Source: Dudresnaya verticillata (taxonomy: Eukaryota). From it: a DNA stretch of 64,000 nucleotides. The notes under the pieces are model-generated. The model had not been told where the DNA came from, ran no database searches, and was given only the letters and a program-made list of their open reading frames with translations. A program made the position numbers and the translations under genes. The stretch is taken from assembly GCA_977862235.1 (NCBI GenBank), contig OZ374558.1, positions 2,046,001-2,110,000 on the forward strand, given 5' to 3'. Every line of letters begins with the position of its first letter. Within the stretch, counting starts at the first letter, position 1. Positions 23,102-33,329 of this stretch are shown piece after piece.

Positions 23102-26100
23102 TTACGGAATGTTACACTTGTGCCCGCCACCGTACTGCCCACCGCATTCGGACTCGCAGCACTGGCGGAAGATTGGGAAGAGGACCGAGGTCGAGATTGT
23201 TCGGTCCACGCACGCTTGGTGTAGTTCCGCGCTGCGGTCGATGCACGCCTCGGCACAGTCTCGTGCGGGCACGCCAAGCCAGGAAATGAGATGCTGGTTG
23301 AAGATCCTGTCGTTCCCGGGGCAGTTGCACTGCACATCGAACCCGACCTGCGACGTTCTAAGGTAGTTCAGCGTGCAGGTGACTGGCGTGGGTGACGCGG
23401 ACGGCGACGCGGACGGCGACGGCGGCGGTTTGTCGCATACGTGCAACCCGCGGTACCGGCCACCACATTCTGTCTCACAGCACTGCCTGAAGATTGGGAA
23501 CAAGAGCGAGGTCGAGATAGTCTCGTCCACACATGCGTCGTGCAGTTCAGAACTGCGATCGATGCACGCTTGGGCACAGTCTCGAGCGGGGATGCCGAGC
23601 CAGGAAATGAGGTGCTGGTTGAAGATCCTGTCGTTCCCAGGGCAGTTGCACTGCACGTCGAATCCGACCTGCGACGTTGGGAGATAAGCAATCATGCAAA
23701 CGGCTGGACTGCTTGAGGCAGAAACCGACGGGGTGAGCGACGGTAGTGGAGAGCTCGTAGCAGAAGGCGACGGGATAGATGAAGATGTTGCAGACGCGGT
23801 GGCAGATGGAGACGGTGGGGGTTTGTCGCACACATGCCCGCTTCGGTATCGGCCACCACATTCTGTCTCACAGCACTGGCGGAAGATAGGGAACAGGAGC
23901 GAGGTCGAGATAGTCTCGTCCACACATGCGTCGTGCAGTTCAGCACTGCGGTTGATGCAATCTTGGGCGCAGTCTCGAGCGGGAATGCCGAGCCAAGAGA
24001 TGAGGTGCTGGTTGAAGATCCTGTCGTTCCCAGGGCAGTTGCACTGGACGTCAAACCCGACCTGCGACGTTGGGAGATAAGCAATCATGCAAACGGCCGG
24101 GCTGGTTGAAGCAGAAACCGATGGGGTGACGGACGGTACCGGAGAACTTGTAGCAGAAGGCGACGGCATAGGTGAGGATGTTGCAGACGCGGTGGCAGAC
24201 GGAGAGGGTGGGGGTTTGTCGCAGACATGCCCGCTTCGGTATCGGCCACCACATTCTGTCTCACAGCATTGGCGGAAGATTGGGAACAGGAGCGAGGTCG
24301 AGATAGTCTCGTCCACACATGCGTCGTGCAGTTCAGCACTGCGGTTGATGCAATCTTGGGCGCAGTCTCGAGCGGGAATGCCGAGCCAAGAGATGAGGTG
24401 CTGGTTGAAGATCCTGTCGTTCCCAGGGCAGTTGCACTGGACGTCAAACCCGACCTGCGACGTTGGGAGATAAGCAATCATGCAAACGGCTGGACTGCTT
24501 GAGGCAGAAACCGACGGGGTGAGCGACGGTATTGGAGAGCTCGTAGCAGAAGGCGACGGGATAGATGAAGATGTTGCAGACGCGGTGGCAGACGGAGAAG
24601 GTGGGGGTTTGTCGCACACATGCCCGCTTCGGTACCGGCCACCACATTCTGTCTCACAGCACTGCCGGAAGATTGGAAACAGGAGCGAGGTCGAGATAGT
24701 CTCGTCCACACATGCGTCGTGCAGTTCAGCACTGCGGTTGATGCAATCTTGGGCACAGTCTCGAGCGGGAATGCCGAGCCAAGAAATGAGGTGCTGGTTG
24801 AAGATCCTGTCGTTCCCAGGGCAGTTGCACTGGACGTCAAACCCGACCTGCGACGTTGGGAGATAAGCAATCATGCAAACGGCTGGACTGCTTGAGGCAG
24901 AAACCGACGGGGTGAGCGACGGTATTGGAGAGCTCGTAGCAGAAGGCGACGGGATAGATGAAGATGTTGCAGACGCGGTGGCAGACGGAGAAGGTGGGGG
25001 TTTGTCGCACACATGCCCGCTTCGGTACCGGCCACCACATTCTGTCTCACAGCACTGCCGGAAGATTGGAAACAGGAGCGAGGTCGAGATAGTCTCGTCC
25101 ACACATGCGTCGTGCAGTTCAGCACTGCGGTTGATGCAATCTTGGGCACAGTCTCGAGCGGGAATGCCGAGCCAAGAAATGAGGTGCTGGTTGAAGATCC
25201 TGTCGTTCCCAGGGCAGTTGCACTGGACGTCAAACCCGACCTGCGACGTTGGGAGATAAGCAATCATGCAAACGGCTGGACTGCTTGAGGCAGAAACCGA
25301 CGGGGTGAGCGACGGTATTGGAGAGCTCGTAGCAGAAGGCGACGGGATAGATGAAGATGTTGCAGACGCGGTGGCAGACGGAGAAGGTGGGGGTTTGTCG
25401 CACACATGCCCGCTTCGGTACCGGCCACCACATTCTGTCTCACAGCACTGCCGGAAGATTGGAAACAGGAGCGAGGTCGAGATAGTCTCGTCCACACATG
25501 CGTCGTGCAGTTCAGCACTGCGGTTGATGCAATCTTGGGCACAGTCTCGAGCGGGAATGCCGAGCCAAGAAATGAGGTGCTGGTTGAAGATCCTGTCGTT
25601 CCCAGGGCAGTTGCACTGGACGTCAAACCCGACCTGCGACGTTGGGAGATAAGCAATCATGCAAACGGCTGGACTGCTTGAGGCAGAAACCGACGGGGTG
25701 AGCGACGGTATTGGAGAGCTCGTAGCAGAAGGCGACGGGATAGATGAAGATGTTGCAGACGCGGTGGCAGATGGAGACGGTGGGGGTTTGTCGCACACAT
25801 GCCCGCTTCGGTATCGGCCACCACATTCTGTCTCACAGCACTGGCGGAAGATAGGGAACAGGAGCGAGGTCGAGATAGTCTCGTCCACACATGCGTCGTG
25901 CAGTTCAGCACTGCGGTTGATGCAATCTTGGGCGCAGTCTCGAGCGGGAATGCCGAGCCAAGAGATGAGGTGCTGGTTGAAGATCCTGTCGTTCCCAGGG
26001 CAGTTGCACTGGACGTCAAACCCGACCTGCGACGTTGGGAGATAAGCAATCATGCAAACGGCCGGGCTGGTTGAAGCAGAAACCGATGGGGTGACGGACG

Positions 26101-27310
26101 GTACCGGAGAACTTGTAGCAGAAGGCGACGGCATAGGTGAGGATGTTGCAGACGCGGTGGCAGACGGAGAGGGTGGGGGTTTGTCGCAGACATGCCCGCT
26201 TCGGTATCGGCCACCACATTCTGTCTCACAGCATTGGCGGAAGATTGGGAACAGGAGCGAGGTCGAGATAGTCTCGTCCACACATGCGTCGTGCAGTTCA
26301 GCACTGCGGTTGATGCAATCTTGGGCGCAGTCTCGAGCGGGAATGCCGAGCCAAGAGATGAGGTGCTGGTTGAAGATCCTGTCGTTCCCAGGGCAGTTGC
26401 ACTGGACGTCAAACCCGACCTGCGACGTTGGGAGATAAGCAATCATGCAAACGGCCGGACTGGTTGACGCGGAAACCGATGGGGTGACGGACGGTACTGG
26501 AGAGCTCGTAGCAGAAGGCGAAGGAATAGGTGAGGATGTTGCAGACGCGGTGGCAGACGGAGAAGGTGGGGGTTTGTCGCACACATGCCCGCTTCGGTAT
26601 CGGCCACCACATTCTGTCTCACAGCACTGCCTGAAGATTGGGAACAAGAGCGAGGTCGAGATAGTCTCGTCCACACATGCGTCGTGCACGTCAGAACTGC
26701 GATCGATGCACGCCTGGGCGCAGTCTCGAGCGGGAATGCCGAGCCAAGAAATGAGGTGCTGGTTGAAGACCCTGTCTTTCCCAGGGCAGTTGCACTGCAC
26801 GTCGAACCCGACCTGCGACGTTGGGACATAAGCAATCATGCAAACGGCCGGACTGGTTGACGCGGAAACCGATGGGGTGACGGACGGTACCGGAGAAGCT
26901 GTAGCAGAAGGCGACGGAATAGGTGAAGATGTGATTGACGCGGTCGGAGTGGGCGTGGGTGTCGGCGTGGGCGTGGGAGTGGGCGTAGGCGAGGACGAGG
27001 GGGATAGCGAGGGGAGGTATCGCGGCCTGGGGAAAGACTTTTTGCGAGGGGCGTACTGGCACCTGAAGCCGCGGCGCTGGCGGACGTTGGTGTTGCGCGG
27101 GCGCGGGCGGCCGCGGCGCAGGTGGCACGGGCGAAGCTTGCAGTTGAAGACGGCCAGGCCGCGGCACTCGGCCGTGGTGGCGTCGAAGCTGCGGCGGCAC
27201 AGCTTGGGGCACCTCTTCCACGGCTGGGCGGCGGCGGGCGGGGCCAGGCGCGACAGCTGCGCGCACAGCAGCAGCAGCAGCAGCAGGGGCGGCAGTCCGC
27301 GGCGAGGCAT
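23102..27310 (-). CDS. Secreted mucin/HRGP-like protein (~1402 aa): basic 6-Cys N-domain, then ten 10-Cys domains separated by Ser/Pro/Thr linkers
   Basis: In-frame ATG at 27310 gives the signal peptide MPRRGLPPLLLLLLLCAQLSRLAPPAAA. The repeated domain CMIAYLPTSQVGFDVQCNC...RQCCETECGGRYRSGHVC alternates with PPPSPSATASATSSPIPSPS linkers. Confidence 0.92.
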   Translation of the reverse strand: MPRRGLPPLLLLLLLCAQLSRLAPPAAAQPWKRCPKLCRRSFDATTAECRGLAVFNCKLRPCHLRRGRPRPRNTNVRQRRGFRCQYAPRKKSFPRPRYLPSLSPSSSPTPTPTPTPTPTPTPTASITSSPIPSPSATASPVPSVTPSVSASTSPAVCMIAYVPTSQVGFDVQCNCPGKDRVFNQHLISWLGIPARDCAQACIDRSSDVHDACVDETISTSLLFPIFRQCCETECGGRYRSGHVCDKPPPSPSATASATSSPIPSPSATSSPVPSVTPSVSASTSPAVCMIAYLPTSQVGFDVQCNCPGNDRIFNQHLISWLGIPARDCAQDCINRSAELHDACVDETISTSLLFPIFRQCCETECGGRYRSGHVCDKPPPSPSATASATSSPMPSPSATSSPVPSVTPSVSASTSPAVCMIAYLPTSQVGFDVQCNCPGNDRIFNQHLISWLGIPARDCAQDCINRSAELHDACVDETISTSLLFPIFRQCCETECGGRYRSGHVCDKPPPSPSATASATSSSIPSPSATSSPIPSLTPSVSASSSPAVCMIAYLPTSQVGFDVQCNCPGNDRIFNQHLISWLGIPARDCAQDCINRSAELHDACVDETISTSLLFPIFRQCCETECGGRYRSGHVCDKPPPSPSATASATSSSIPSPSATSSPIPSLTPSVSASSSPAVCMIAYLPTSQVGFDVQCNCPGNDRIFNQHLISWLGIPARDCAQDCINRSAELHDACVDETISTSLLFPIFRQCCETECGGRYRSGHVCDKPPPSPSATASATSSSIPSPSATSSPIPSLTPSVSASSSPAVCMIAYLPTSQVGFDVQCNCPGNDRIFNQHLISWLGIPARDCAQDCINRSAELHDACVDETISTSLLFPIFRQCCETECGGRYRSGHVCDKPPPSPSATASATSSSIPSPSATSSPIPSLTPSVSASSSPAVCMIAYLPTSQVGFDVQCNCPGNDRIFNQHLISWLGIPARDCAQDCINRSAELHDACVDETISTSLLFPIFRQCCETECGGRYRSGHVCDKPPPSPSATASATSSPMPSPSATSSPVPSVTPSVSASTSPAVCMIAYLPTSQVGFDVQCNCPGNDRIFNQHLISWLGIPARDCAQDCINRSAELHDACVDETISTSLLFPIFRQCCETECGGRYRSGHVCDKPPPSPSATASATSSSIPSPSATSSPLPSLTPSVSASSSPAVCMIAYLPTSQVGFDVQCNCPGNDRIFNQHLISWLGIPARDCAQACIDRSSELHDACVDETISTSLLFPIFRQCCETECGGRYRGLHVCDKPPPSPSASPSASPTPVTCTLNYLRTSQVGFDVQCNCPGNDRIFNQHLISWLGVPARDCAEACIDRSAELHQACVDRTISTSVLFPIFRQCCESECGGQYGGGHKCNIP
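23105..26940. repeat. 393-bp coding tandem array (9 near-identical units plus a diverged terminal domain)
   Basis: Shadow ORFs recur at exact 393-bp intervals (23694, 24087, 24480, 24873, 25266, 25659, 26052, 26445, 26838). Confidence 0.97.
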
Positions 27311-28291
27311 TTTGCGGCGGCGGTGCGGACGCGGGCGTCGCGGGGGGCGGGGCGTGGGGTGCGTGGGGTGCGTGGGGGTGGCGGGGCGCACGCGGCTTGT
27401 AGCGCGGTTTGGCGGGGGGCGGGGGGTGCGGGGGCGGTGGTGCTGCGCTTGCCGCGGGTGAAGGGGGCGCGTTGACGGCAGGACGGGTGTGGTGTATGCG
27501 CGGTTTGTGAGGCTTGGCAAGCTGGCGCGGGCTGCGGGGCGATGGCGGCAGGCGTGCGGCGGTTGGCGTGGCGCGGTTGTAAGTGCGCGCGCGCGTCGGG
27601 TTGGGTTGGGTACGAGTTTCGTAACTGCGCATGCAGCAGCGGCAAGAACGGCTTCGAAACGATGCAGCCGCGGCGGCGGCGCGGGGGTTTCGACTGCGTG
27701 CGTGCGTGCGGGTGGTGCTCAAAGAGAAGGCGGCACCGCGCGGAAGCTGGGTTGCGGTAGCGGAATGGCATGGCGCGGCCGGGCACCGCACCGCACCGCG
27801 CCGCACCGCGCCGCGCCGCGCACGGACGGACGGACGTCGACGGTGCGCGATGCAGATGCGGCGCGCTTGGGTGCAACGGCGGTTATAGTAAATGAGAGTT
27901 TGCGTGGTAAATGAGGGTTTATACGGTAAATGAGAGTTGGCGCGGATGTTGCGTGAGGGTGTGCGCGACGGCGCCGGCTGACGCGCGCGCGCGCGAGGCG
28001 ATGCTGCGTGCGTGCAGTGCGGAGAGTGAACTGTGATGGTACGCTGTTGAGGTTGTAGGTTTGCTTTAATACACTCTGCGAGCGCGGCTCAAAGAGCGGA
28101 AGATGTATGGCCCGCCGCGTGTGTAATGCGCATTGCAACGAGATGTTTTGTTCTGAAGAGCACACTCGGCGGTAGTGTCCTTCCAACCAACTAATAAAGG
28201 TCCGCATCTCTCGCAGTGCACAGATGCCTCGCGAGGAGAGTCTCCTTCTATCCCCATTCTGTGCATCCAACGCGCCGACGACCGCTCCGCA

Positions 28292-30712
28292 TCACTCGCA
28301 CCGCCCGCCGCCGCCGCACTCCAACCCGCGCGCGCACGCGCGGCACGCGTGCGCGCACATCTCGCCGCGCGCGCGCACGCGCGCGCACCGCCCGCCCTTA
28401 CACACCAGCGGCCGCGCGCACTCGCCGTCCGCGCGGCACTCGCCGCACACATCGACCGCTTCGCCGGCGCCGCCGGCCCCGGCGGTCGCCGCCGCGCACC
28501 GCCCGCCGCGGCCGCAGACGAGCCCGCGCGCGCACGGCCGCATGCGGCAGCGCGCGCCGCAGCGCGCATCGGGCGCGGCGCCGGCCGCGCCCGCGTCGCA
28601 GCCGGCCGCGTCGGCCGCGCGCGCGCGCCGGCACACGCCGTCGCGCGCGCACCGCAGCCCCGCCGCGCACGCCGCGCACGCGCCGCCGCACCGCTGCCCG
28701 CCGGCCACCACGCGCGCGCACCGCCCGCCGCGCGCGCACACCAGCGCGCCGCGGCAGTCGGCGTCGCGCGCGCACGCCGTGCACCACGCCGCGCGCGGCG
28801 CGCGCCGGCACGTCCCGTCCGCGCCGCACGCGAGCCCTTCCAGGCACGTGGTGCAGCGCGGCCGCGCGCCGCCGCCGCCGTCGCCATCGTCGCCATCATC
28901 GCCGCACCGCGCGCCCACCAGCCCCGCGGCCGCGCACACGCGCCGCGCCGCGTCGCACACGAGGCCTGCGCGGCAGCGCTCGCCGTCGCCGTCGCCATCG
29001 CCGCCGCCGCACGCCGCGCACATGCCGCCGCCGCGCCGCGCGCACACGCGCCCGTCGCGGCACACCAGCCCGGCGCGGCACCGGTCGCACCGCGCGTCGC
29101 AGCGCTCGCCCTCGCCGCGCACGGCCGCGCACCGCGCCTCGCCGCGCACGACCGCGCACGTCAGCGCGGCCGCGCACCGGCCGGCCGCGCACGCGTCGCA
29201 CGGACGGCTGCCGACGCGCTCGCACACCTCGTCGCCATCGCCATCCCCCTCGCGCGCGCGGCACACCAGCCCGGCGCCGCACGCGTCGCACGCGCCGCCG
29301 CAGCGCCGGCCCTCGGCGCGCGCGGCCGCGCACCGCCCGCTGGCGGCGCCGGGCGCGCCGCCGCGCTTGCACACCAGCGCGCCGCGGCAGTCGGCGTCGC
29401 GCGCGCACGCGCGGCACCGGCACCCGTCGCAGCGCGGCTGCATGCACTGCCCGTCGCGGCACTGCAGCCCGCGCCGGCAGAACGCGCACGCCGCGCCGCC
29501 GCACCGCGCGCGCATGCCGCCCTGCGCGCGGCACCGCCCAGACTCGCACCGCAGCCCGCGCGCGCACGCCGCCGCGCCGCGCCCGCACGCCGCGCACCGC
29601 TCCCCGGCCCCCGATGACCCCGACGACCCCGACGACCCCGACGACGTCGTCGCCGACGACCACGACGACCCCGACGACGCCTCGCACACGCCGGACGACG
29701 ACGCGCACCGCAGCCCGCCCGCGCACGCGTGGCACATGGCCCGCCCGCACCGCGAGAACGCCCCCACCAGCCGCGTGCACCGGCCGTCGCGGCAGTGCAG
29801 CCCGGCGGCGCACCGCCGCGAGCCAGAGCACGTCGAGCACACGTGTGCCGCGGCCTTGGCCCCGTTGCGCCGCTGCGAGCACGCCCCCTTGACGCACATC
29901 AGCGCCCCGCGGCACGCCTGGCACCGCCCCGAGCACGACTGCTTCTCCCCGCGCTCCTCCACGCACACCCCGCCGCGGCACCGCCGCGTGCCCGACCCGC
30001 CGCTGCACTTGCCGCCGCGTTGGCACATCTGGCATTTCTTCGTGGTCTTGGTCTTCTTCTTCTTCTTCTTTGGAGCCTGCGCCGAGCTTTGCTTTGATTT
30101 GCCCGTTTTTGCCTTTTGTTTCGCCTTTGCCTTTGCCTTAGCCTTCGACCTTTGTTTCGACTTGGACATCTGCTTTGGCTTTGCTTTCGCCTTGGCCTTC
30201 GTTGCTTTCGCCTTGGCCTTCGACTTGGGCTTTGGCTTGGACTTTGGCTTGGACTTTGGCTTGGACTTTGGCTTTTGCTTTGCTTTCGCCTTGGGCTTTG
30301 GCTTCGACTTGGGCTTTTGCTTTGCTTTCGTCTTCGGCTTTGCTGCTTTCGCCTTGGGCTTGGGCTTGGGCTTGGGCTTGGGCTTGGGCTTTGACTTTGC
30401 TTTCGGCTTGGGCTTTGGTTTGGGCTTGGACTTCTTCTTCTTCTTCTTCTTCTTCGGCTTCGGCTTCTTACTAGACTTTTTCTTCGCCACCCGAGTCTGC
30501 AGAAACCCCGCCGCCGCCGCCGACGACCAGCGCTGCTGCGGTGCATCCCGCACACGCGCAACAACGCGCACCGCGCTTTGCTCCCGCTGCTGCAGCACCC
30601 CGTATTCGCCCACGCCGCCCCGAGCCGCCGCTGCCGCTGCCGCTGCCGCTGCCGCTGCCACCACCACCACCACCACCACCACCACCGCTACGGCCAAACA
30701 TGAAACCCGCAT
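28292..30712 (-). CDS. Secreted Lys-rich / Cys-rich repeat protein (~806 aa)
   Basis: ATG at 30712 (MRVSCLAVAVVVVVVVVVAAAA, a signal-like hydrophobic stretch). A ~150-aa KPK/KAK/KSK tract follows, then ~17 repeats of about C-x2-3-C-x2-6-C-x2-(G/A)LxC-x2-4-GxC. Only this frame gives ordered Cys spacing. Confidence 0.85.
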   Translation of the reverse strand: MRVSCLAVAVVVVVVVVVAAAAAAAAAAAARGGVGEYGVLQQREQSAVRVVARVRDAPQQRWSSAAAAGFLQTRVAKKKSSKKPKPKKKKKKKKSKPKPKPKPKAKSKPKPKPKPKPKPKAKAAKPKTKAKQKPKSKPKPKAKAKQKPKSKPKSKPKSKPKPKSKAKAKATKAKAKAKPKQMSKSKQRSKAKAKAKAKQKAKTGKSKQSSAQAPKKKKKKTKTTKKCQMCQRGGKCSGGSGTRRCRGGVCVEERGEKQSCSGRCQACRGALMCVKGACSQRRNGAKAAAHVCSTCSGSRRCAAGLHCRDGRCTRLVGAFSRCGRAMCHACAGGLRCASSSGVCEASSGSSWSSATTSSGSSGSSGSSGAGERCAACGRGAAACARGLRCESGRCRAQGGMRARCGGAACAFCRRGLQCRDGQCMQPRCDGCRCRACARDADCRGALVCKRGGAPGAASGRCAAARAEGRRCGGACDACGAGLVCRAREGDGDGDEVCERVGSRPCDACAAGRCAAALTCAVVRGEARCAAVRGEGERCDARCDRCRAGLVCRDGRVCARRGGGMCAACGGGDGDGDGERCRAGLVCDAARRVCAAAGLVGARCGDDGDDGDGGGGARPRCTTCLEGLACGADGTCRRAPRAAWCTACARDADCRGALVCARGGRCARVVAGGQRCGGACAACAAGLRCARDGVCRRARAADAAGCDAGAAGAAPDARCGARCRMRPCARGLVCGRGGRCAAATAGAGGAGEAVDVCGECRADGECARPLVCKGGRCARVRARGEMCAHACRACARGLECGGGGRCE

Positions 30713-32469
30713 GCCGCCAATGCCTGCGCCCGTGCACATCCACCCTCCTCCAACCTCTCAATTGCTGTTTCGCGCGTCCACCGTGAAGAGAGAAAGAGAC
30801 AGAGACCCACGCAAAGAGAGAGAGAGAGAGCTGGGCTTGCCGATTTGCATCGCAGGCAACGGGCGGTGAACAGCTCAAAACGCTCGAGCGCTATGCACTC
30901 AATGCAAGAAATGGAAGAGCAGCCTGCAGGGCGAGAAAAGAACAAAAAGCCGACGAAAGGTCGCCATACTCTTGAGAACGCCGCTTTCATGGCAATGGTA
31001 CCGCGCCCGCAGCACGTATTCGACGCACATGGATTCAGCCGCGCGCCGGTTGCCATGGCAATGCAATGCAATGCAATGCAATACACCTTGTGCCGGAGCG
31101 GTCGGATGGATCATGAATACAAGAGGCATACCGTATCGGCGTCCGTTCCGACTCGAGCCCGGTAACAGGGTGGTCATCAACGGAGAGGGCGTCGGGCGTC
31201 CTCCACAGGAAGTAGTGCAAAGGCACGACGCTTGCCGTCCGCTCGCTGCCGCCATTTTCTTATGGGTAGAGAGCCAACTTGCACTCGACCAGCAAACAGC
31301 GTGCGCAATTGTGCGTCGGCAATGCGGTATCATTGCCTTCCCCCTCCCGGTCCAATGCAAACTCATGTTGCAATGGAAGCCCGCCCGGGGCCACACCGCC
31401 GACACAACTCCTTGTGGCACCGATATAGCTCCAGCCGAACAACTCCGCGCAACCAAACGGGCAACAGCGCGGGGGCAAAGCAGCCACGATCGGCCCCGCA
31501 CGCAAGCCCACCGCGGCAAACGCCCGCCAGCAGCCAAGCTCACACGGGGCTCGAGCCGCTCGCAGCGCAGCACATCTCGCAAAGCAGTAGCCACCCGCCC
31601 TCGTCACCCGCGCGCTCGGCGCGCCGCTCGCGCGCGGCGCGGCGCGCGCAGCAGACTCCGCGCTGGTGCAGACGCACGCACCCCCGCCACGCGGCGCAGC
31701 AAGCGCCACAACCATGCCGGCCGTCACCCACGCGCGCGGCGGGCGCCACGGCTGGCGCGGACTCCCGAGCACGACGCCACGCGCGCGGGCACTCGCCGGG
31801 CGGCTGTAGCAGCGCGCGACGACCCCGACGCGGCGGCAGAGGCGGCCGCGGTCGCCGCGGACGGGCAGTGCGCGCGCAGCAGACGCGCGTGGCAGCGGCG
31901 CGGCGCCGCCGAACCGAGTGCTGCGGGAGCGGTTTTGCGCGGCTCTTTCGCTTTTGCCGCGAGAAAATCTCCCGCGGGGCGAGCAGCGCTTCTTCCAAAC
32001 GTCCCTTCCGCCTTCTTCGTTCACCAAGACGGTATCTTTCTCGGGGCGACAAAGACGCCGCGGCACGCCGCGGCGGCGGCAGCGGCGGAACGCGGCAGAG
32101 AACCAAGGCGAAGCCCGCGCTTGCTCGCTTGTCGCGCGCTGGCGCGACTGCCGAGACCGTTGCGAGGCGAGCGCTGCCGGAGACAAGCCTCTCTGCAACG
32201 ACGCTGCAGGGCATTGATCAGCGCGAGCTGCAAAGGCGGCAATGCGCTATGCGCGCATGCTCCTGGAGCGCGGGCGGCGTCACCAGCTGCGCCGGCTCTG
32301 CGCGCCCCGAAACGTGCGCTGCGCTCCGGCGCGCCAGCGCGAGTAGCTCGCGCGCCATCTCCGCGCGGTGCGCGCTGGCTGGCACCCGCGCCGTCGCGAG
32401 CCGCAGACGCGCCGGGTAGCCAGGGAGGCGTCGTGCGACGCTGCGGCGTCGAGCCGGCCTGGGAAGGGC

Positions 32470-33110
32470 TGGGGTGGCGGGGCGCGACGCGGCGACTGCG
32501 CGTTGCTATAGCGCCTGCCGCGTCGACCGACGCAGGCCTGCAGTACCTTCCTCCTTCCACGGTAGTAGAGTCGAGCCTCAAGTTTGCATCTCGATGCGCC
32601 AGCTCCGACTCGGGCTTCCTACCATCAGTGGAGCTGACCCATGCCCCAGGCTGTGCTGGTGGCACCGCTTCTGTCACCGCTTTTCTTGACGCTTGTGGGC
32701 ATCAAGATGCAGTCTACTCTGCGTGCGAGGGAACGATTCATCGTCATGATCATCTCTGGGATCGCTTAAGACCTTTGTTGCAGGCTATCGCTCGCCCATA
32801 TGGAGTTCGCGTTGAAGTTGAGCATGGTCCTCGTGACCCCGTCCAGAATGCTGCCCGAACACGTGCTGAACGTGCGCGTCATGCGCGTCATGCTGCTCAT
32901 GATGCTCTCCAGCAGCCTACTGATACTCGTGACCAGCTGTGCACGGGTCGTTTCGTTGATGATCGAGGCTTTGCCCCGCACCGCCATGGCTTTGATGTCT
33001 CCTTCGCCAGCCCCCATTTTATTCATGGTCCCACTGGTTGTGTCCCTGGCCACGCTATTGCAGCCCGCGAACGCGCCAAACGCTCTTTACTGCCGTTTGT
33101 ATGATAGTTT
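32470..33110 (+). mobile_element. Degenerate 3' fragment of CRE-like (RLE-bearing) non-LTR retrotransposon
   Basis: Frameshifted motifs 'MRQLRLGLP...CPRLC', 'C...HRHDHLWDRL', 'VEVEH', 'GFDVSFASP...GHAIAARERAK' match the zinc-knuckle and restriction-like endonuclease region of CRE/R2-group elements. Confidence 0.7.
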
Positions 33111-33329
33111 GGATAAACCCATCTCTGCCGACTAAGATCAAGTTTGCCACACCCTCGCTACAATCTGCAACCTATACGATTTCCCCCCACCTGCTCCCCG
33201 TCCCACCCCCACACCCACCACCACCCTTCTCTAGGCTCGCACCACTGGCCCTCCGTTGACACTATGTGCCGGTGCGCTTGTAAATGGGCCTATGTTGCCC
33301 GCGTAAGCTCACACTAAACTTTGAGAAAA

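Noticed and set aside
23105..26940. Regular repeats suggesting a CRISPR array or satellite
   Set aside because: Units are 393 bp, in frame, with no unique spacers. They are the coding repeats of one protein.
28066..30869. Several long overlapping ORFs (480, 558, 881, 379 aa)
   Set aside because: Shadow frames of very GC-rich DNA. Only the minus-strand frame ending at 28292 has a signal peptide and ordered Cys repeats.
30972..33104. 710-aa ORF as a single gene
   Set aside because: Stop-poor GC-rich sequence fused by chance to a frameshifted CRE-like fragment; no coherent domain in the first two thirds.
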